Source of the DNA: Clostridia bacterium
Lineage (GTDB): Bacteria > Bacillota > Clostridia > CAKSNL01 > HGM11501
NCBI GenBank assembly: GCA_045545475.1
Contig: JAZQAZ010000026.1
Coordinates: 1-34,345 of the forward strand
Length of the DNA: 34,345 nucleotides
Direction: 5' to 3'
The notes below the pieces were generated by a model. It made no database searches, was not told the DNA's origin, and saw only the letters and a program-made list of their open reading frames with translations. Below are positions 1-7,314 of this stretch, one piece after another. Positions within the stretch are counted from its first letter, which is position 1; each line of letters starts with the position of its first letter. Position numbers and translations under genes: made by a program.

Positions 1-30
1 GTCCTGCACTCAAAATCGAGAATTTTGTGG

Positions 31-189
31 TGCATTCGCAGTTTTGGGTTAGGAATTTTTCGCCTTAGAGAAGTTAAAAAACGCAGTCATACTGGCGTAT
101 GTCTGCGTTTTTTTGCACACTATCAGCGGAAAATAACAAGCCAAAACCGGCTTCTCCCTAATAAGTACCGCCGAATGCATCGGCTTTTT
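31..189. repeat. Long imperfect hairpin (MITE/REP-like or structured RNA) ending in a + strand terminator-like stem
   Basis: Nested pairings: AAAAAACGCAG-T-CATAC (76-92) / GTATG-T-CTGCGTTTTTT (97-113); GTTTTGG (41-47) / CCAAAAC (141-147); TGCATTCG (31-38) / CGAATGCA (172-179). GCCGA-atgca-TCGGC-TTTTT at 170-189. Confidence 0.55.
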
Positions 190-210
190 CTTTTCTCTTA
201 ATCTCTTTTA

Positions 211-903
211 TCAGAGAGGAGTATTAAGTCCCACAACCGTTTCAAGGGGAATTGATAATACAACGCCCTTGGCTTCCGAGTTGATTCCGCAGTCCTTGCA
301 AATCGCCTGCATAATCGAAACCTTGCTTTCGGCATCGGCAATTATCATTACAACATCCTTTTCTTCGTGAATTCCAACGCCCCAGAGAGCGGAAATTTCC
401 TTATTTCCTGCTTGTCTTCCATGGATAACGGTTCCGCCCGTTGCTCCTGCTTCTGTTGCGGCATTCATCACTTCTTCGCTATAGCCCTGATTTACTATGG
501 CGGCAATTATAACACGTTTAATTTCTGACACGGTATCACCCTTTCTTATAGGATTCTCTTCTTCGTTATTATCCAGTTCTTCAAATTTTTTAATTATAAA
601 ATTGTTAGCACCTTTAAGCGGCACCGTAAAGCCTATTCCGTTTCCGGGAACATTAAACTGAAGCTCATTGTGCACCTTTCTTATCATTTTATCGGAAAGA
701 TTTTTCGTAAGCACGCTTATTATAAGGCTTCTGTCGGGGCTTCCCAGGCCCAGTATATCAAGGGTTTCGCTGGACGCCGTACCGGATGCATTTATAACAT
801 ACTGTATCGGAAGCTTTTCTTCTTCAAAAAGCGTGAGTGCTTTTTCGGCACGCTTCGGCGTAGTAATAAAGCCAAGTACACGGAAGGATAATTTATCACT
901 CAT
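211..903 (-). CDS. P-II family-like regulator with two tandem P-II-like domains
   Basis: 230 aa. N-domain ASGTAS...PGNGIGFTVPL; C-domain VMNAATEAGATGGTVIHGR...EEKDVV...KGVVLSIP. Overlaps the DUF1538 gene by 8 bp, a known gene pairing. Confidence 0.8.
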   Translation of the reverse strand: MSDKLSFRVLGFITTPKRAEKALTLFEEEKLPIQYVINASGTASSETLDILGLGSPDRSLIISVLTKNLSDKMIRKVHNELQFNVPGNGIGFTVPLKGANNFIIKKFEELDNNEEENPIRKGDTVSEIKRVIIAAIVNQGYSEEVMNAATEAGATGGTVIHGRQAGNKEISALWGVGIHEEKDVVMIIADAESKVSIMQAICKDCGINSEAKGVVLSIPLETVVGLNTPL

Positions 904-2437
904 TTTCCTCTTCCTCCTCTATTTCAACAATTTCGTCGCTGTCAGCATCAATTACAACCTCTTCTGTAACAGCCTTTTCAATCTTGGTAAGCTTGAACTT
1001 ATAGGTTAGTCCCATTATCTGTATTGCAATAAGAGGCGTTAAGGCAACCAATGCCACAACACCGAAAGCATCGGTCATCACGTTTCCGCCAAGAGCCTCA
1101 CAAGCTCCTATGCACAAAGGCAAAAGGAAGGTCGATGTCATAGGACCCGAAGCAACACCACCGGAGTCAAAAGCAATACCCACAAATATTTTAGGTACAA
1201 ACCTTGACATTATAAGAGCCATAGCATAACCGGGAACAAGTATATATAAAATCGGAATACCGGTTATGATTCTTGCCATCGCAATTCCTACGCTGACAGA
1301 AACACCGATTGATAATGCCCTGTTCATCGACTTTGCGGAAATCGCACCTTCCGTTACCGACTGAACCTGACGGTTTAATACCTGAATCGCAGGCTCCGCC
1401 TTTACGATGTAGTAACCGATAAGTGCACCGATGGGTATAAGGAGCCACTTTTCCACACCTCCCGATGCCATCTGACTGCCAAGCATTGTACCTACAGGAG
1501 CAAAGCCTACGTTTACACCGCAGAGGAATAATACAAGCCCCACATATGTATATATGAAACCGACAACAATTCTGAGTCTTTCCCTGTGGTGATAACGCCT
1601 GCTTATAAGCTGAAATACGATAAACATAAGTACAATCGGAAGAAGTGAAACGAAGACCTCCGATATATAGCCTGGAATTTCAAAGGCAAACGCCTTTGCC
1701 ACATCCCTCATCGTTTCTATTTCAAATGAGTGAGGTGCTTCAACAAGGGCTTCATCAGGGCTATAGAAAAATCCCAGAATCATTACTGCTAAAATCGGGC
1801 CCACACTTGACAGAGCAACAAGACCGAAGCTGTCACTTGATGCTTCCTTGTCACCTCTTACCAGCGAAAGACCGACACCCATTGCCATAATGAAGGGAAC
1901 AGTTATAGGCCCTGTGGTAACGCCGCCGGAGTCAAAGGCAACCGCCCTGAAATCTTCCGATACAAAAAACGACAGTATCAGCACCAGAAGATACAAAACC
2001 GCCAGAAGATTTGAAAGACTTACCTTGAATATTATTCTCAAAACCGCAGTTGCCAGAAATATTCCCACACCTACGGCTACCGTAAGTATAATAACCATAT
2101 TCGGTATGGCAGGCACCTGCTCCGATAAAACCTGCAAATCAGGCTCTGCCACGGTTATGAGAATTCCCATAACAAGGCTAATAAGAGCAACGGAAAAAAC
2201 ATTTTTCGATTTTGATATTCCTACACCGATACCTTCTCCGATGGGTGTCATCGCCGTTTCGGCACCAAGCTGAAACATTCCCATTCCCGCTATAAGCATT
2301 ATCGCTCCCACGAAGAACATTACAACCGATCCCACGTCCAGCGGCACAAGGAAAATGCTTAATGCCAGAACGATGAATGTTATCGGGAGCACTGCGGAAA
2401 GAGATTCCATTAATTTTGCCCTGAGTATATGATTCAA
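896..2437 (-). CDS. DUF1538 family multi-pass membrane protein (two fused repeats), putative transporter
   Basis: 513 aa, highly hydrophobic. Duplicated motifs AEPDL/AEPAI and AFDSGGVTTGPITVPF/AFDSGGVASGPMTSTF; acidic tail; GGAGG RBS. Confidence 0.88.
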   Translation of the reverse strand: MNHILRAKLMESLSAVLPITFIVLALSIFLVPLDVGSVVMFFVGAIMLIAGMGMFQLGAETAMTPIGEGIGVGISKSKNVFSVALISLVMGILITVAEPDLQVLSEQVPAIPNMVIILTVAVGVGIFLATAVLRIIFKVSLSNLLAVLYLLVLILSFFVSEDFRAVAFDSGGVTTGPITVPFIMAMGVGLSLVRGDKEASSDSFGLVALSSVGPILAVMILGFFYSPDEALVEAPHSFEIETMRDVAKAFAFEIPGYISEVFVSLLPIVLMFIVFQLISRRYHHRERLRIVVGFIYTYVGLVLFLCGVNVGFAPVGTMLGSQMASGGVEKWLLIPIGALIGYYIVKAEPAIQVLNRQVQSVTEGAISAKSMNRALSIGVSVSVGIAMARIITGIPILYILVPGYAMALIMSRFVPKIFVGIAFDSGGVASGPMTSTFLLPLCIGACEALGGNVMTDAFGVVALVALTPLIAIQIMGLTYKFKLTKIEKAVTEEVVIDADSDEIVEIEEEEENE

Positions 2438-2484
2438 TTTACGGGAACCTCCTTTAATTTTTTGCTGTTTTTACAGCCTCTTTA

Positions 2485-2513
2485 AGTATAGCACAAATCC
2501 TTGCTATCTGCAA
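2485..2513 (-). promoter_or_regulatory. Putative sigma-A promoter for the DUF1538/P-II operon
   Basis: Minus strand TTGCAG (2513-2508), 17-bp spacer, TGc-TATACT (2490-2485). A CCTTGC-N5-GCAAGG palindrome (2499-2515) overlaps the -35. Confidence 0.5.
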
Positions 2514-2519
2514 GGCTCT

Positions 2520-2828
2520 TTATTCGTTTCCGATCACTTCTATATAAAAGCTTACGGGTCTGAAGCCGTCATTGCAGGAAATCATGGCGGATTTTTCGTT
2601 TTTCATCCATCCGTCATAAAAGTTCCCTCCGCCATTTGCCAGCTCTGAAACAAACTTCTCCATGGATTCCCAGGCACTGTCACAAAAACCTTCAGGCTTC
2701 TTGCCGTCAACGGAAATAAATGTATCCCCCATCTTAAGGTCGCAGGTGTGCTCTATTGGATTTTCATATTTTTCAATTAAGTCATCATAGTGCGCCATTT
2801 TAACAACAGTTATTCTGCATTTTTCCAT
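2520..2828 (-). CDS. TIGR04076 family protein
   Basis: 102 aa. CRITV..., KPEGFCDSAW and ISCNDGFRPVSFYIE are typical of this small Cys-containing family. Confidence 0.85.
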   Translation of the reverse strand: MEKCRITVVKMAHYDDLIEKYENPIEHTCDLKMGDTFISVDGKKPEGFCDSAWESMEKFVSELANGGGNFYDGWMKNEKSAMISCNDGFRPVSFYIEVIGNE

Positions 2829-2839
2829 TTTAATCTCCC

Positions 2840-4276
2840 TTATACATTTACATTATATTCTTTTTTATAGCCGTGGGAGCCGAAAATTTCCCAGTTGCCC
2901 ACGCCGAGACGGCGGAAAACCGCTCTTCGCTCCTCGGAGCAAAGCGATGCATCCGTGTCAACCGAAGTCATAAGAATGGGAGCGTACTTGTTATATTCCG
3001 CCTGCTTTGCCGTAAGATCGTGAATGTTTATATAAATATCTCCCGTAAATGCGATGTTGTTTTTATAGTCAATAAGCACAATTTCTCCCGGAAGATGGCC
3101 TCCCTTTCCTTCATAAACCTCAAAATGAAGCTCCCCGAAATCGTAAAAGCCGATCTGGGTAAGAGCCTCATCGGAATCTTTTGGGCTATCCCAGGGTACC
3201 TTGATTTTTTCAGGATTTGTACATTCATAAGAGGTCAAAATCTTACAGATATTTATATAAGGCTTATGAAGGCGGTTTTCTTCTCTGAAGCCATCTTTTC
3301 CCATAAACTCATTTTCAAGGCAAAGGGCACTCTTCTTACTTGCAACAACCTCATCAAACAAAGAAAGAAGCCCGCAATGATCCACATCTGCGTGGGTGAT
3401 TAAAATTTTCTTTTCTATGTTGTCAAAATCGGGATAAAGCTTTTTAAATACTTTAAGCATTTCTTCCTTGTAGCAGGCGTATCCGCTGTCTATAAAAAGA
3501 AGCTTTCCCGAGTTTTCAATTATTATCGTATTGCTTCCGCAGGGCGGCTCAATAAGGGTAAGCTTTGTCCTTTGCCCTACATTGTGAGTCGTTATTCTTG
3601 GCTCGAAAGCCTCGCCTTTGGATTTTGCCAGAAGCTCTGAAAACTTACCGATGCTGTCAAAGGTTCTGTATGGTGAAAGCCCCTGTTCATCCAGGGTCTG
3701 CATTGCAAGGTTAACCTGAACGGTAAGCTCGTTTTCCACCTCGCCGGACAAATTCATCATATCAGCAAGGCCCTTTACATAGCTTCCGTAAAAAATGCTG
3801 TTATCGTAAATTTTCTCCGTGCTGTTATAGTCTATAACACGTACCGGGCAAAGCTTTTTTGCTTCGTCAAGAAAGGTTTCAATCTTTTCCTTATCATCAA
3901 CATATAAGCCCATTTTAAAGAGCTGAAAATCCGTTCCGTTTTCCTGGGAGCTTATGTATGAAATATTGAAATTGAATTCATTTATAAGCTTAAGCACATC
4001 CGTTACGCTTCCGGGAACATCCTTAAGGGAAAACTCGATAAGAACTATGCTGGTTTTGCTTTTATCGTTTGAAAGGTAGCCAATCTTTTCAAGCTCAATA
4101 TCTGCCTTTTTAAGCTGCTCCTCCGTTCCTTCCGCGTCGATAAACAGAGTGTGGGAGTCTATCGCCTTGTTGTAGCTTACACGGGTAATATTTATCCCGA
4201 GGTCGGCAAAGCATCGGCTTGCCTTTAAAAACGCACCGATATGATTGGGCATTGATGTCACATAAGTCTTTTTCAT
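2840..4276 (-). CDS. Tandem ACT-domain / metallo-beta-lactamase-fold fusion protein
   Basis: ACT-like repeats MPNHIGAFLKAS...GINI and LKDVPGSVTDVL...NFNI. MBL motifs IDSG, THADVDH, GH, FTGD, GSHG. Start moved to ATG 4276 (GGAGATG RBS) because the TTG at 4330 lies inside the predicted promoter. Confidence 0.8.
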   Translation of the reverse strand: MKKTYVTSMPNHIGAFLKASRCFADLGINITRVSYNKAIDSHTLFIDAEGTEEQLKKADIELEKIGYLSNDKSKTSIVLIEFSLKDVPGSVTDVLKLINEFNFNISYISSQENGTDFQLFKMGLYVDDKEKIETFLDEAKKLCPVRVIDYNSTEKIYDNSIFYGSYVKGLADMMNLSGEVENELTVQVNLAMQTLDEQGLSPYRTFDSIGKFSELLAKSKGEAFEPRITTHNVGQRTKLTLIEPPCGSNTIIIENSGKLLFIDSGYACYKEEMLKVFKKLYPDFDNIEKKILITHADVDHCGLLSLFDEVVASKKSALCLENEFMGKDGFREENRLHKPYINICKILTSYECTNPEKIKVPWDSPKDSDEALTQIGFYDFGELHFEVYEGKGGHLPGEIVLIDYKNNIAFTGDIYINIHDLTAKQAEYNKYAPILMTSVDTDASLCSEERRAVFRRLGVGNWEIFGSHGYKKEYNVNV

Positions 4277-4310
4277 AAAGTCATCTCCGGATTCAGATTG
4301 TTTACCAAAT

Positions 4311-4339
4311 ATTATACCACTGTTTTCCAATTTTTACAA
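4311..4339 (-). promoter_or_regulatory. Sigma-A promoter for the ACT-MBL/TIGR04076 operon
   Basis: Minus strand TTGTAA, 17 bp, TGg-TATAAT. Confidence 0.6.
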
Positions 4340-4408
4340 TATTTTTTCTTTCCCACACACCGAAACTCAAAAAAACAAAGAAAAAACAAGAAAAACACAA
4401 AATAATGC

Positions 4409-4437
4409 TTGACTTTTTCTGTGGTTTTCTGTATAAT
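4409..4437 (+). promoter_or_regulatory. Sigma-A promoter for the class II aldolase
   Basis: TTGACT (4409-4414), 17 bp, TATAAT (4432-4437); AAGGAGG RBS before ATG 4486. Confidence 0.75.
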
Positions 4438-4485
4438 GATATACATAGAGATATAATATCACATCTATGCTAAGGAGGCTACATA

Positions 4486-5427
4486 ATGTTAGTTAATATG
4501 AATCATGTTTTAAGACCTGCAAAGCAGAATCATTACGCTGTCGGTCTTTTCAACGCAGTAAATTTAGAGCTTGCACGAGGAATCCTTGCGGCAGCTGAAT
4601 GCAGCCGTTCTCCGGTTATTATGGGTACCGCCGAGGTTTTACTTCCCTACGGTCCCTTGGAGGAGGTTTCCTATTACTTAATTCCCATGGCTAAGAAGGC
4701 AAACGTTCCCGTTGTTATTCATCTTGACCATGGTCTTTCCTATGACACCTGTATCCAGGCGTTAAAGCTGGGCTTCTCATCCATCATGTATGACTGCTCC
4801 ACCGACTCTTACGAGGAAAACGTAAGAAAGGTTAAGGAAATGGCTGACATTGCTCACTCCTACGGTGCTACAATCGAAGGTGAGCTTGGCCACGTTGGTG
4901 ACAACGAAGGCTCCGCAGAAGGAAGCAGCCACTTAGCTGATCCCTCCAAATACTTTACCGATCCCAAGCTTGCAAAGGACTTTGTTGACAAGACAGGCGT
5001 TGACGCACTTGCAATTGCCGTTGGTAATGCTCACGGTGCGTATAAACTTCCTCCCAAGCTTGATTTTGAAAGAATAAGAACAATTGCAAACACTGTTGAT
5101 GTTCCCCTTGTACTTCACGGCGGTTCCGGTCTTACAGACAATGACTTCCGTCAGGCAATCAAGGAAGGCATCAGCAAGGTTAATATCTTCACCGATATCA
5201 ACGTTGCCGCAGTTGAAGCAGAATTCAAGAAGTTCTCCAGTATGGACAAGGGTCTTATCGACCTTATCCCCGCCGCAGTTGAAGCTGTTAAGCAGGAGAG
5301 CATGAAGAAGATGAAGCTCTTCTCCTCCGACGGAAAGTCTGACATTCAGCCCTCAAACACTTCAATGGATATTGAAGAGCTTACAAGACTTGTTGCAGCA
5401 GAAGTTGCAAAGTACTTAAATAAGTAA
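4486..5427 (+). CDS. Class II (Zn) ketose-bisphosphate aldolase (Fba/GatY family) with a C-terminal extension resembling a BMC encapsulation peptide
   Basis: Motifs HLDHG, MYDCS, EGELG, GNAHG, LVLHGGSG, KVNIFTD; extra tail DIQPSNTSMDIEELTRLVAAEVAKYLNK. Confidence 0.92.
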   Translation: MLVNMNHVLRPAKQNHYAVGLFNAVNLELARGILAAAECSRSPVIMGTAEVLLPYGPLEEVSYYLIPMAKKANVPVVIHLDHGLSYDTCIQALKLGFSSIMYDCSTDSYEENVRKVKEMADIAHSYGATIEGELGHVGDNEGSAEGSSHLADPSKYFTDPKLAKDFVDKTGVDALAIAVGNAHGAYKLPPKLDFERIRTIANTVDVPLVLHGGSGLTDNDFRQAIKEGISKVNIFTDINVAAVEAEFKKFSSMDKGLIDLIPAAVEAVKQESMKKMKLFSSDGKSDIQPSNTSMDIEELTRLVAAEVAKYLNK

Positions 5428-5433
5428 GTAAAC

Positions 5434-5461
5434 AAAAAGGTGTCCTTTGGACACCTTTTTT
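5434..5461 (+). terminator. Rho-independent terminator after the aldolase
   Basis: AAAAAGGTGTCC-ttt-GGACACCTTTTTT. Confidence 0.85.
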
Positions 5462-5508
5462 GTTGCATAGCCTGAAAATTTATGCTAATATGGATTTGAG
5501 GTGTTTTT

Positions 5509-6000
5509 ATGTTACAGACAATGATTGCGGTAATATTAATCGTAATTTCTTTTTTCTTATTTTTCGCTTTCAAAAAAAGCGACCTGCTGTTTCCTACATT
5601 GCACACACTTTTCACAATAACTGTTTTCCTGGTCAGCTTCATCGGCAATTTCGGCCTCATCAGACTTTTATTTATTCTTCCTATATTTGCCCACCTTATA
5701 GTTTTTATTGCCGCAAATGTGAGCTATTATCCTTTTTATAAAAAGCATACAGCACCTGCCAGGCTCAATGCTCTTTTGAATATTTCATTTATGACAGGTT
5801 ATTTATTTCTCCCTGAAACCGATGAAGTATATTCTTACGCATTATTCGGCTTGATTAAAGAAAACACAGACATCGCTTACATAATTTCCGGAATATTTCT
5901 CACATTAAACGTAATACTGTTAATATGGCAGTTTATCCATAACATATTAACCGGTCGCAGAGCCTCCGATAAAGAAGTATTAAAAGAGCCTTCGGATTAA
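5509..6000 (+). CDS. Hypothetical membrane protein
   Basis: 163 aa with about 5 hydrophobic segments; GAGGTG RBS. Confidence 0.7.
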   Translation: MLQTMIAVILIVISFFLFFAFKKSDLLFPTLHTLFTITVFLVSFIGNFGLIRLLFILPIFAHLIVFIAANVSYYPFYKKHTAPARLNALLNISFMTGYLFLPETDEVYSYALFGLIKENTDIAYIISGIFLTLNVILLIWQFIHNILTGRRASDKEVLKEPSD

Positions 6001-6015
6001 ACCGAAGGCTCTTTT
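5982..6015. terminator. Bidirectional terminator overlapping two convergent stop codons
   Basis: AAAAGAGCCTTCGG-attaaa-CCGAAGGCTCTTTT; the TTAA in the loop (5997-6000) supplies both stops. Confidence 0.75.
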
Positions 6016-7304
6016 TTGTTCCTTTTTGCAGTAATAAGTGAATATACCGGGAGCAGATAAAGGAAAAATGCGGTTATTGGCGATGCTGCCGGTGCTCCCG
6101 ACGAGAGAAGCGTCACACTGCAGGCGATGGACCAGGGAACCAGGGGCGCAATTACAACTGCACTGTTTTCAAGGTTTATCGCCAGCTTTTCTTTATCCTT
6201 TTCAATATGTCCGCACATAAACTCCGTAAGCATAATGGAAAGTGTTTGATTGCAGGAGACCATACTGTTGATAACCGAGGTTAAAAGAATAACCGTATAG
6301 GAAGGAAGACGCTCCCCCGCCTTTTCTATCAGCTTTTTAACGCCGTCAAGAAGTCCCGTTTCGCGGAAGATTCCCGAATAGCAGGAGGAAAGGCAGACAA
6401 TGGATGCCACATTTATCATTGATATAAGTCCCCCGCCGTCAATCATTTCACTTATGGCGGCGTTTTCCGCCTTAAAGCCCGTTACGGCAAACTTAAGTAT
6501 ATCCGAAAAAAGCATTTCTTCCCTTGAAAGGCAGATTAAAACTGCGGCTAGAATGCTTGATGCCATTGTGATTTTTACCTTTACCTTAAAAAGCGAAAGA
6601 ATGAGCATAACCGCTGCGGGAAGAAGCGACAAAATGCCGATATTGAATTCTTCGTTGAATAAGGCTGCCGCATCAACGCAGCTTATGCTTCCCTCTCCTT
6701 TTAAAATGCCGTAAACTATGTAAATGATACAGCTTATCAAAAAGGGAACTGCCGCCGTTTTTATCATATTTTTTATGTTTTGGTAAATGTCAGTTTTCGT
6801 GATTTCGGAAACAAGCAATGCACTTGTGGATACGGGCGAGCATCTGTCCCCGAAGTATGACCCCGATAGTACCGCACCGCCCACCATAAGGGGACTTATT
6901 CCCATAGCGTATGCAATGGTCATACATATTGCGCCCATTGTTGCGGCTGTGCCGAAGGCTGTTCCCGTAAGGAAGGACACCAGGCAGTTAAGCAAAAATG
7001 CCGCTATCACAAAGGTTTTCGGGCTTATAAGCTTTTCAGAATAGCTGATTATCGCCCCTATTGTACCGCCTGCTCTCCATAGTGCAGTAAGAACACCGAT
7101 AAGCATAAAGGTGATAAGAATGTTTTTGGTGGTCTTTATCCCTTCAAAGGACATTTTAAGGACGGCCTTTACAGAATAACCTTTTTTCAGGGCATAGGCT
7201 GAAAAAAGCAGATAGCCGAAAAGGAGAGCATAAATTATCGGGATTTTGGTGCTTACCGATGCCGTAAGCCCCAGTATAAATATTATAAGAATTGTAATTT
7301 CCAT
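5997..7304 (-). CDS. NhaC family Na+/H+ antiporter-like transporter
   Basis: 435 aa, hydrophobic. GTAFGTAATMG, SGSYFGDRCSPVS, SCNQ and PLVPW match NhaC motifs. Confidence 0.88.
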   Translation of the reverse strand: MEITILIIFILGLTASVSTKIPIIYALLFGYLLFSAYALKKGYSVKAVLKMSFEGIKTTKNILITFMLIGVLTALWRAGGTIGAIISYSEKLISPKTFVIAAFLLNCLVSFLTGTAFGTAATMGAICMTIAYAMGISPLMVGGAVLSGSYFGDRCSPVSTSALLVSEITKTDIYQNIKNMIKTAAVPFLISCIIYIVYGILKGEGSISCVDAAALFNEEFNIGILSLLPAAVMLILSLFKVKVKITMASSILAAVLICLSREEMLFSDILKFAVTGFKAENAAISEMIDGGGLISMINVASIVCLSSCYSGIFRETGLLDGVKKLIEKAGERLPSYTVILLTSVINSMVSCNQTLSIMLTEFMCGHIEKDKEKLAINLENSAVVIAPLVPWSIACSVTLLSSGAPAASPITAFFLYLLPVYSLITAKRNKKEPSV

Positions 7305-7314
7305 AGTTCATCCT

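Noticed and set aside
4277-4330. TTG-start N-terminal extension of the ACT-MBL gene (similarly 24577 for ZIP and 34061 for the beta-helix gene)
   Set aside because: Downstream ATGs have better RBSs, and the extensions overlap promoter or RBS sequence.
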